Shown here one piece after another: positions 49,901-62,312 of a DNA stretch of 64,000 nt. The position numbers and the translations under genes are program-made. The stretch is from Fimbriosthenelais zetlandica (Eukaryota): the NCBI GenBank assembly GCA_977030845.1, contig OZ365113.1:39556001-39620000 (forward strand). Direction: 5' to 3'. Position 1 is the stretch's first letter. Every line of letters begins with the position of its first letter. The notes under the pieces were generated by a model. That model saw only the letters and a program-made list of their open reading frames with translations. It made no database searches and was not told the DNA's origin.

Positions 49901-52900
49901 AATCAGGTGAAAACCCACCACCCAGTGTATGTATACACCCAGGACCGCCTACAGCCATGAACCGTCTTCTTTGTGGACGAGTCGAGCTTTATGCTAATTT
50001 ATCAATGAAATCAACTCAAAATGGAGAGAAATCAGAATAATGTCTATTCCTTTCAAAAGCCAGTTCTTTGACTTGTAATTACATCAGGTATTCTGGACCC
50101 ACCTAGGAATGAAATGAACCTAAAAAGGAGTCATTCTGATACTCTGCAGTATCAATATTATTGCTTTTATTATGGATGAAATTGTTAGTATGGCATTTAA
50201 TATTAGTAAAGTTGAATTCCAGTTCTTCCAATGATCATTTGGCATTTGGGTTATTATAAGATCAGTTCTAATTCGTATGATCAATCCATTGTATCACATT
50301 TATTTTTAGTCCCAAAATATTTATTTTCGTTAACAAGAGAGAAGAAAGGGGAAAATTTACATTGGCATTGCTGTCTTCCTCCCATAGCCTGAGGAGAAGC
50401 AGTTGGTGTATCTCTTCCCTGTGGGAGAGATGATAGGCCCACATCTCCATATCTTGACGCAGGATAGACCCTGGAGGGAGCACGGTGTTGATGGCCGGGA
50501 GGAATACCTGCGTACCGTCTCTACACCTCACCTGTCCCTTTACTATGCATATACACGACCATAGCTTCCGCCCATCAGTCTGTTGAGGGGAATTTATAAT
50601 AAATTCCTTTAAATAAAGGGACACACACTATTGTGCCTTAGAATAAGGATGAAGGGAGGAGTTGGCGCCTTGCTTTGCTACCGTAAACGCTAATTTCCCC
50701 GCCCAAGGGTTATTATGTGCATTTGGTCGTCTATGTTTTCTGTGTTACACAGGTGTATGCTGACAGAAAAACTCAATGTTTCTTAATGTTTCCCCCTGGT
50801 GTTAAATGCATATTCATGCAATGTTATTTGGTTGTGTTTGCTGTGCACTTGCCACCTTGATCAACTGCAATACAAAAAATAATTAATCGGAAATTTATGA
50901 TAATGACGGTATTTCTTTTAGCAGAGGTGGATCTTTTGTAGGCACCTAATGACTTTATTCTGCTAGGGATTTGCCTAGGAGGATTTCTTGTACATCTAAA
51001 GTCATCCACGAATTTCAGATTTCCGCTTATCTTTCCCTTATTGTGGGAATAAGATTTAATTGTTTGGCGATTATGAGAAAGATACTTGATGAACTTGATT
51101 ATAAGACAGAGATTACATTGCATGTCACTGCCACTAATTTTTGCATGTAACACCGTCGTAAATTGAGATCCGAGTTCATAATGGTTCATCCATATTTCCC
51201 CAGAATGATTTATTATCTTTATGGTCATTCCTGATCTCATAATGTCATATTTTTGTCCACAGACATGTTTGATTTGGATGAGACCTGTGCCACCATGGTT
51301 TGAGTTTGAGGAGAGCATTTGGCAAGAGATATAAACATTTATTTGGCAACTGGTCTACGGACTCTTCCGGTGGCACATTACCAGTGGCGCCCCCTTACAA
51401 TGACGTCAGTAAAAGTAGCGTTGTATCGGGTTGCACCTGATGGTGGAGTTCTGCTCGGACAACAATACACCTGACTTGACCACAGCTTTGTTCTCTCTGA
51501 CCTCTGGTCAAGAGAGGTCAGTGGACAGGACCTTGTCCACTCAACATCATAACCCTTGGATCCTCAGCAGTTTGGCCATGGGGACAGCATCCTAGATTGG
51601 GTTGATCTAAAGCGATTTCTTGAGACTTCCATATTGACATTTATCTGGGCGTGAGGTCTTATTCATTAGTATATCTTCTCATAATTATTTGACTTACTTC
51701 TAGTTATAATAGTGAATTAAAAGGCCTTATGAAAGTGAAGAAGACATTTCTTACTACTTTTATATCGATATATACATGCTTGATGTAGTTTATCGGTAGC
51801 TTATATAATTATAGGCCTAATTTAAACAAAATTAACTTAAACCAGGGAAGTAACCCCCTACTGATCCAGACAGAACACAGAGGGGACATTAAAACATGTG
51901 GAAAGTCAGCCCTGAGGAGATCACAACATGACATCAATGACATAGTGTCGCCGGTCGAGAGAGAAATAATCGCTTTTTATATGGAAATGTTGGGCACTTT
52001 GTATCTATGGGCCATAAATCATCTTATGATTATGAACAATGTGGGGATTGTTCAGCCTCAGACATGCCTCTTCATATATATGTATTCAGCTTGGCACATG
52101 TATCTCTGTTCAATCACAATCACAAATGTTGGGTGGTCCGTTTTCAGCTAACGTGCGCTTATAATTTTAGTATTATTTCACACTATATCCCATAACTGAC
52201 GTATATTAATTATACCTGCACAGTGAAAAATATGTAAGGTGTAAGTGTAAGGTGCATACATCATATTCAAAATTATATGTTTATGAAATCAGGTTACTGA
52301 ACCAGAGTGTGCACCATTAAGACTGTATGAAGAAAGTTTAAAATTAGCATTTGCAATTCAAGCAAAATGTTCTAATAACACCCCAAACCACAAAGCCCTG
52401 TTTTATGCACCTTTGCAGCTTCTTTGTGGTACATAGAGCCAGCCTCCAACAAAGAGGGGAATCCCGGCATTTCTCAGGTGCTGCATTCTTTTGATGCCTT
52501 TTACCTTATCTTGCCTTGGGCAAAACAACCGCAATGTCAACAAACCAGGGTCTCTATCAGGCAGAGAGAAGCATTGGAGCAGAGGGCTTGATATTGAAAC
52601 ATTCAATTAGAAGCCCCACAAAAGGGCCACCTATAGGACCTCGTAGACCACAATTCTCAATTGCTTCACAGAGTTTGCTCATGTAGGGCCCAAACCTATG
52701 ACAATTATCAGATTAGTGCCCTTAACACCAGCCAAATCTGAGAGAACTTGCCACTTAAAAGAACTACTTCAATATGAATATTATATACGCCACCGCCCCT
52801 AGGCCTCCAAATCCTTTGTAGATGACCCCTATTGCGTCTCTTTTAAATGGTATGCGAAAAAATAATCCAAAGCGATTCAGACGCGCTTGATTTAACACCC

Positions 52901-55900
52901 CATCTTGAAGGCTGCGACATGCATGAATTGATCAGGCCCTGTGAAAAGGAAAAATTCTGTGTTTTTTTCTCATCCTGCCGACAAGCTGGGGGTTTGTAGT
53001 TATAAAGATTGGCAGCATGCCTAGTTTGGCGAGTTTGCATCAAGGTAAAGCCGACATTGTATCATTTTCCTTCATGAAATCGCATGAAAAGTCCGCCCCA
53101 GTGGATACCACGCATGACCAGCATTTACAGCCTGGTTTCCTTTGTGTCATACGCTCCGCATCAAGTCCTAGAAGCGACCGTCCCCCTACACTCCAACATA
53201 TCAAGGCACAACAAGACCCTAAATATCTGAAATCCGTCCAAAAGCAACACTTGTTTCATAAACAGTTGAGCCACATTAGAGATTCAGCTGTTTCTGGTCT
53301 CAACGGTAGTGGACAAGAGCCAAATTTCAAAGCTGCATGCATAGGATGAAAGTCAGGCCATCCCAGAAGAATGTTTGTTGCATCTTGAAAACGGAAGTGA
53401 GGTTAGTCAACTTCTGTGCTGTTATGACTTGAGGATAGAGGTTCCATCATATACAAGCATGGGAACATTACATGTACATGCACGTGCATACATGCTCGCA
53501 CGTGTTTTCATGCTAATTTAATCCACCTTTACATGGCTCGCATCAGCTCCCCGTCTCTCAATCTAAGAGAGAACATTTAGTGGTTCTTCCGGATGGTTAC
53601 CTCCTCCCGGCCCATGTGTAAAACTAAAAGGTTAGAGTACCATAGTACACACAGAAAAAGACATAATGTTATATATAATATGTAGAATTAACGACAAGGT
53701 AGGCTACATTATAAGCATCCCATAACCCAGGAAATTAAAAATATTAATTATACAATATACAATAAAGTATCTTTCGGCCAATTCATAAAACATTATTACC
53801 GTCGGGAATATTAGATGAGAACAGATGTGTGGAGATGGGAGAAAGGCGACTAATTAGAAATAAGGGAGAAGTAGCAGAAAAGAACTAAGAGACACTGGTT
53901 GTTATTTGGTGTATAGTTGAGGGAGGTTCCCGGTAGGAGGAGCATCTGTCGAGCACCACGTGGTGGCCTTCTCATGCCTGCCGACAAACAGACATGCCGG
54001 CACACAGACAGACACACCTCACAGAAATCCCTATGAAATCCTTACCATCCCTATGATGTGGGCCTACCCAAAGCAGGCACCTTCATATCTAGTGACAGCA
54101 TATTTTCATCGCACATAGATTTCTGGCTGATTCATCCATTGTGTCAGTATATTTCTGCAAAAAAATCAGGAGATTTACACAAAATACCAATAGACTCATT
54201 GGTTGATGAGTATTCCCATCCCACTCTATTCCCCAGTTTCCCTATTGAACCGCAGCCCTCCTACACCCCGTTGAGATGGCTTCACTGGTCCAGCCGTCCG
54301 GAAAATCTACAAGCCCTATGTTCTGCCCACCGACACCTGTATTGGAAAAAGGTGGACAGCAGTGGTAAAGCTTTGAAGTAGAAACAGACCCACTAGCAGA
54401 TTATTCCACCTCGCCAGATTGGGATACCACTAGAGAAGGGCGAATACTCTCCTCTGTCGTGTATTGCAGGCTAATGGGCTTTGACAATAGGGTTTCAGGG
54501 ATGCGGAGGATCAAATGGGAAACTAGAGGTAGTAGTGCATGTGTTATTGGGTGATCTATTCAGGGTTCCGGATTTGGATTTGGGTTTATAAGGGAACGTG
54601 ACTGTATGAAGGTGAAATGCTGGATGCATTGTCCAATAGTGGGCACTACTTTGCTTGCCTCACGGCCAGAATACTTTCTGCAAACAAAATATTACTTCAT
54701 GGGGCTGGAATGTCTGGTCCTTTTTGATTAAGATCCCGTCTGCTGACAAAGAAGGCAAGGCATTGTGTTCCTCTGCAGGTTCGTCCTTTGTAAGGATGCG
54801 CAGAACGGATGATAAGTCACTCATGCGAGACCCTCACAAAAACGACACCCTCATGCCGGATCGCCATGTCTGGATCATTCCAGAATATTACACTTGTTCA
54901 ATTAACATCTCCTGAGAGGGTAACAAGTTGACCACACATCCGCCTTCCCAAACACGGCCACTGCTCCACTGGGTCTTTTGTCCTCTCGGGTGGAGGAAGA
55001 AGGCTGTGGAGGAAGATGGCCGATAAAATCGATGAATGGTAAAGTGGATGTTGTGTGAGAAGTAGCCAGCAATGATGGCTCAAGGCAAGAGGATGGCAGC
55101 CGTCCCTGGCTGACAAAGACTGACACATGTCACTGCTATCACCCACCACCAAGAAAAGCATGTCCCTTTCAGATAAAAATTACCATATGGGAAGTAAATA
55201 TCAACCTTGGTTTGGCCACAAAGCCTATCTTTGTAATGGATTTATACTTTATAACTAATCACTCAATGGTCAGCATAATATCAGTTAAATAAGGGTACAA
55301 ATTTATCATTCGTGCCATGCACTTGTTTGAAGAAAAGGCAGCATTTTCTCCAAAGGTCTACTAAGTTAAAAAAACTAGTGAACTAAAACTAGTGAAAGGT
55401 CCACTAAGTTCAAAAAACATACATATAGCCCTATACATCTCGGCCCACCTATTTCATGTTTTTCCCTTTTGGGTTGAATGAGGTTGGGTTAGAATGCCAC
55501 ACTTGGCTTTCCATAATGTTTATTTTTTCTAAACAGAAATATCTAACAGGAAGTGAGAGGCAGGTGCCTGGATCCCTTCTGATATTTTTGGAGAGAGACC
55601 TTCACGCTTCATTTAACACTTACTCCATTAATGGCAGGTTCACAGGCCAATGTGGGCAAGATTCCTTTCAACATGTCCTCAGCCTCAATAGCAACGGACA
55701 AACACCTCAAGAACGGCCTTGCATTTATGTTTGGACTTATGGGACATTCGGGTATCCAGAAGGATCAGACTGTGTGAGACTGAAGTGAGCAAAACATATT
55801 TGCCCAAGACGACAAAAAAGTGTGCTTACACATCGCAATAAATATATGGATGCCAGACAAAGTGGTCAAAGCACAGATGGTAGCCTAACTAAAGACTGTC

Positions 55901-58900
55901 AATAAGCAAGCATGGAGGCACAAGAACCTGTGGTTTACACATATCTTCTAGGGATCACAGGTAAGAAGATGGCCAAGTGCCAATATGTGTTTCAGGGATT
56001 TGTAGCACACCAGCATGTCCAGTATGAGAGGTGAACAGGTGGGCATATTGCTTGACTTGCCAGAGGTTTGAACTTGTTAGTAAACATAAGCATGCAAAGG
56101 GACCCCTGCGAAGGTGTGATGGACTATGTTTTACTTGAACTCTATACCTGCCAATGCATATACAGAAGGGTGGAGAGGGTGGCAACCTTCCCCTGCCACG
56201 TGCCTTCAGAAAATACCCATAATGTCAGTAATAACTCTAAAGTACCTATAATGAGTGAGCCGCTTGGCGTGACAATGGTAACAGTGTGGGAACGTGTCAG
56301 TATACCTATTATATTTACACGTTACCCCGATGCTAAATCACATTGAGCTCATCTTCGGTATTTGCCCAACTTTAAATTTTATTACTGAAAAATATCCAAT
56401 ACTGAACCATATGAATGAATATTATATACATTGCGGAAGAGTCATCAAACCAGAAAGCTAACCCTTCTGCATGAGAGATACCATTTATGACCGCGTCTTT
56501 AACTATATCCCACGCTTCCCTGAACAGGTGTGGTTTATTTCATGTTGTAATAACTGCATGTACCTTGATCCTGCTTCATGGAGTTTAAAACCGATGAGGT
56601 GAAGGGGAGGGGGCACCGATATACCCCTGAGAGTGACTGGTCAAGCAGAAGAGGGGTCAGTCCAGGTTGACCGCCCCTCCGGGGTGCCAGTAGTCATCAA
56701 GGCAGTGGACAGAGCATGTTGGTACTACTCCTCTACAGCCTACCCTTTTGTCTGACCCTGCACCCAAGGCTTTCCTTGGAAATCATATTTGCTTGACCTG
56801 ACAGCGAACCCCTTCAAGACATAGAGGCAGAGAAAAGAACCTGAGGAAGGATTCTCTCAATTAGGGGCCTTTATATGACCGCTAATGCCTCACACGGCTA
56901 AAGAAGGCACTTACCGTTGGGGCGTGGCCGTTTTTTAACACAGATATCGGTGTGGTATAGACAATCATAGTGTGAGAACCACAAACACTGCTTCCATATG
57001 GACACTTTTATCCTCCCCTTCAGGGTATCGGGCCAGTTTCACTCAGTATCAAATCTGATTATCTATCTAACATGCTTCAATCTCTCCACTCAACGGAGCA
57101 AGGTCCCTACAGACCCCCTATTGATCAAAATACTTTATTTGAAATTTAATTAGGAAAATAAATTTCCATTATAAATATATGGAAAAATATTTGATTAATC
57201 ACATAATCATTGATCGATAAATTGCTTTTGTATGGTAGTCAGTGTGAAACGAGCAATTTAAACTCCTCTCAGGGGATTTTCCCCATACAAAAGGTAAAAT
57301 CAAACATGGCTATTGATATGTCCAGTGTGTTGGAAGATAAGGACCAGCATGTTCCGTTAGCCTAAGCCCAAATAAAGCCCTTGTAGATTAGGAGGACAAT
57401 GGCACAGTGGACATGAATGGTCAGCTAATGGCTGGGAGGCTGGAATGAAAATGTACTTTTAGGTCAAGGCTAGCTTGAAGAGCTCCTTCAAGTTTACATT
57501 GGTCAGCATGAGTGGTCTGCTAGTACGGTCATCGTAAGCTGGACATAGAAGGAATTTCTGGCTTTCTGGATATGAATAGAGGGTCATTTAGGTGTCAAAT
57601 TATTGTGAATAGGGAAAGAGCCATACTTATTGGTCCTATGGGAAACACTTCAATTTTTTTTATAAATCATTTGTAGCAATATCACTGCCAATTCCAAACA
57701 GATTTCAATTTTGTGATCACAAATGCAGGAGTGCATTCCTGGGGGCATGATCTAAACCAGTGGGGAAGTATATTATTAGATCCTGTTGATTTATAATTCA
57801 ATTGATTAATTGTCACCTATACATCTTTCATATTAACAACTCAGAACTTAAGGTCAGTTGCTGGGAACCCCTGCCTCCCACTTTCCCACTCAGGGTCTTG
57901 ACAAGTGATACTTCATTCTGTCAATCAAACCAAGGTGACCCCAGCTAGCCCAGTCAAACTTCTTTTCTTGACAGGCGCGTTAGTAATTATACAGGGAGGT
58001 ATACATACTATGAGTAGTCTATTGTTATGACCTCATGTATCCAAAACCTCCATTTAATGGTAAAACAACCCCTGTGGAGTAAATTGGGCTTTGTCAAGAA
58101 ATAATAACTGTTTCTCTCAGGTAACACCTCAATTTTGAACGTATAGGCATAAATTCCCTCTCGGAGAGCAAATTAATCTGGACTGATCTACCAAAATCTT
58201 GAAGTATGCACCTAGAGACTTGTCATAATAGTATCCCACATTCATAATACAAAAGCATATCCATTGTTGAAAGATCCTAAAAGAGGATTTGAATTCAAGT
58301 CCCCAAAGCTGTTGTCCCTTGGGAGAATCATGCACCTACCTGATCTGGAACAATTACCATTGTGACATCCAGAAATTAAAATGGCAGCACTTTGGGAATA
58401 GTAGCATTTGGAAATTTGCTTTATCTCGAGCGACACATTATCGCCTCATTTCTAGGAGAAACACGCGAGAGAATCATCCACCGACGATCAATACTGACGC
58501 CCCTACAGCGACTAATGACGGTAATCACTAGTCATTGAGATGTATATCTCATAGGATGATTCTCCACCCTTTCCTGATACCAGCAACTTCTGGCCATTCA
58601 CCAAACCACCGATGTCCAGACAAGAGCATCTTAAAAGCCAGGTATTTTAACACCTGCCAAAGTTCTAGCCATTGGACTGGGCGTCGAAAATGGCTGAAGC
58701 TCGTGCAGTTGATGGTGGACACGAGCACGAGTTATGAAAAGGCTGCGTGATGACGCGTCCAGAGTCTGACCTCTCGTTCGACCTCTCGTGTGACCTTGAC
58801 GAGCCGAGAAGAGGTGACGCCGACTGCAAAGCTATAGAATAAGCTGCTTAGATAATTGTAATTTGCTTTGTGGCTTGTTTGTTTTTTTATGTTATTTCAG

Positions 58901-61900
58901 AAATTAATCATGTCTTCGTAAATCTGAGGGATGCATGATAAAGTAAATTGCTTTACTTTGACAGGTATCTTCATTCCTTTTTAACAGAAAAGCAATCTGT
59001 TCCGCTTGTGTTTATCAGTAGAAGTTCCATCTGTCATAAACATTTTAATGACTTTACCAATCTGAGATGCTATATCATGATCATGCAAAACATGAAAGGC
59101 AGATGATCTGTCCAAATAAATGTCTTGTTTTAAGAATTTTCAGAACAAGGAAATCCCAATCCTCATGAAAATAAGAAAGGAATTAGAATGAAATACATGT
59201 ATGTGTGCAACTTTACGAAAGTCATTCATCTATGAGCCACTTTCGAAATCTGGCAAGAACAATGTTAAAACCAGGCAGGTGACACACTCGTGCAAGTAGC
59301 GATGGCTGTCTTCCACTTCGCATGCTAATTCGTGATTCAAAGTTGTATCATTTACTCCTTAACACTCCGGCTAACAAGAAAGCTGGGAAGATTACACCAA
59401 TAAGTGACAAGTGCCATGATATAAACCCAACAGCAAAAGGGCAAACGTGACATAAGTGTGTCCCCCTGAGCTTATAAAAACCCAGAATATGTTTGCCCTT
59501 TGACTTGGACCACCTGTCATGTGTAGCAGTATACATAGACTTTGGTGTTTTTGCCTTGGGTAGGAGGGTAAGGATGCACACTGGTGTCTTAACATCTAAT
59601 GATCACCCTTCCGTGTCAGGACACACTTAATGCACGTGGACCCCTCAAGGTACTCTCTCTTCTGTGTCAACAAAATTATCACAAACTTAAGACTGCCATC
59701 TATAAATCAGTTTAAGGAAGCTTTTTATTTTGTTTCCTCATGCAAAGACAGCAGGTTTTTTCCCAAAGCATGTCTGGGATTTTCTTTGTTTTCAGAAGAT
59801 AATCTATTGGCCTATATCGGATCTTGGGAGTGGAAATTGAAATGAGAATTAAAGTCATCATTATTTTGTCGAACACTTCTTTCCTTTCATGAACTTTGCG
59901 TCACTTGATTAAGTAAAGTTTAATGAGTCATTGTCACAGAGTAGCGGTATTATACTTCTTAATTGGTAGCATACCAAGTAAACTGTACATTCTTGGTGCT
60001 ATCTTCAAAATTACTGGCATGAGTCCAACTTACATTCTGACACTTGTGGCCTTATTCACAGAGATCCTCTCTACCAGCTTGGGTTGGGATCATGAACATG
60101 TATTGCCGACTATCAATTAAAATGCCCCCATCCTGCCAGAGGTCTTTAATCCTCCATGGGCCATTGTATGCAAATGCATGAAAAGGTCATTTACAAAGTG
60201 TTCGTGTGAGTTTGGCACAGCGCTCTGTTGATTTTAACCTGCTGTGTTTGCCAGAGCGAAAGAAAATGGGAAGAAAGCATTGTAGGCAGTGCAAGGTACT
60301 TGTAACATGATCGGCAAGACCAGCCTGATTCACATGAGTGCTGACATGCTGGTCTTACAAGTAAACGTTGCCATGGAAAGCCATGCTTGACAATGGGTGA
60401 AACTAGGGGACACTGGACAGGTGGCCAGTATGATGGCATGCCACTATAGGTGGCCCCACCTCCGATAGTCTGAGATCCCGTTCTCCATTGTTGTTCCAGG
60501 CTCCCAGAAAAACAACACTCAAGGCAGCAAGGGGAAGTGGGCAGGTCCTTGAGTTCAATGGATAGCAGTGCCAAAGATCATGGCCATTCAACAGGTGCTG
60601 GAAAGCCTTTCCTCTGAAGTATTGCGGCCGCAATTTCCCACACAATAGGTAATCATATCTGCATGTAATAAAGGAAACATTTCTGTGAATTATGTGTATG
60701 ATTATTTGGTGCAGAGGTGATTTTAACCATAGCATCTCTTGTTTCAAGCATTTACTGACCTCCTCTATCCCTTAACTGTACCCTTCATCGGTCATGTACC
60801 CTTCACAAGAGTTGGGTATTTCTTCCAGAAGGTATCCCTGAAATTGGGATAAATCACTTACTGGGCATTTTATGCATCATTTTTGTTCGTTGTGCATTCC
60901 TGACACCAGTCAAAATTGGCCAAGTTAAGTAAGTTATTCACCTGCCTTTTATTTCATAATATTATGAATGACTTTGGAGGGTGATATGTTGTCATAAACT
61001 CCCAGAGACCTGCGTTAATTGCCCTTGGGTGTACTTTTGCAATGCGAAAGATCAAAGTTGGGTTTTGTTAAGTGATATGATCTAAAGGTGTCACTGAAGT
61101 GTAAAAAGAGTCAGGTTAAGTCAACAGTATACCCTTACATAAAACCCCCATGGGCAACCTGTAAAGGGTTGACATGCCCGATCTCATTAGCACACACATC
61201 AGTCTACCTGATACTAGGAAAGAATAGGGGTTTCTATTGTTGTGAAACCAAAGGCCTCCATGTTCGCCATTGACAATTGAATGTGGCACATGATGAAGAC
61301 CAAACCCCATGCAGTCATGTCAGAAATACTTAGGTAGACAGTCCCCTTTCCATAGTTTTCTATTTCATCAAGTCGGGGGAAATTATCATTCCATTCTCAC
61401 TATTTTACATCTTTAAACTTAAACTTACTGACGTCCTGATGTGATTTCCCGGTGGTCCATACTAGTCCCCATAGTGAGGACAATAACCCTGATAAATCCA
61501 TTGTTTCCCAATTGCCCACCTGCATCAACAGTTCCGAAAGGGCTTCATCGAAAAACCTGGCCAAACATAGGGGGTGGGGGACTTACATTCAAGAGAGTCA
61601 TCTCTTCTTTGATAGTTTGAACACCATCTTCCTTTTGTTATGGTTAATGAATAGAGAATATTATAATGTCCTAACAAAGCAAATTACTATTATAGGTTCA
61701 ATGCTTTTATAGTCACTTTTGTGAAGAAGGGGGTATATTCTTTAAGTCCTCAGGTATGACGATGCTCTTGGCACTTACCCAACAGATCAACAGGTACTAA
61801 ACACGTGAGAAATGACCAAATCACGTGACCTGTCCAGTTAAATGAGTGTCAGCAGCACTAATGACCCCTTAATTGGAACTATCGTGACGGTGGCAGAGAA

Positions 61901-62289
61901 TAACTGTATTATTCCAGTAATGGAACAATCTACAAGCATTGCCCACATAAGGGGTCAAAGATTCATGCATGTTAATATCAGAAAAACAAAATTATAATGT
62001 TGTAGGCCTATCTTAAGGCCTTTATTGCAACAAGCCCACATTGATAACCCACAGCTAGGGTACTGACTTGGGGGTTGTCTCTTTTTTTGTGTCTTTTTTG
62101 TAATGGCGATTTGATAATCTATCCGTCAAACTCTGTCTGAAGGTTTGACACTCAAGATAATAAAATATCATAATAATGAGTAAGACTTTAAGCCATGACC
62201 ATGAGGCAATTATATACTGAGAAAAGTACAGGGACCTGTGAACGAGGATTAAGGTAACCTTCTCGGGTGTCACCTCGAGTCCAACCTAG

Positions 62290-62312
62290 CATCATCATCA
62301 TCATCATCATCA
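62290..62312. repeat. (CAT)7 microsatellite
   Basis: Direct reading. Confidence 0.9.

Noticed and set aside
50824-51318. 164-aa minus-strand ORF
   Set aside because: Non-ATG start, no recognisable motif.
57480-57590. Minus-strand peptide ESQKFLLCPAYDDR resembling the LINE ORF2 C-terminal HFLLxCPxY motif; weaker hints at about 32570 (DEIYVHLLERC) and 33500-33600 (W..DSL...ASI..L.EFK)
   Set aside because: Too short and degenerate to call retroelement remnants without a profile search.
60191-60747. Fragments (LLNGHDL, LPT, LVSP) reminiscent of RecQ-type helicase motifs
   Set aside because: Different frames, no GKS Walker A, wrong spacing.
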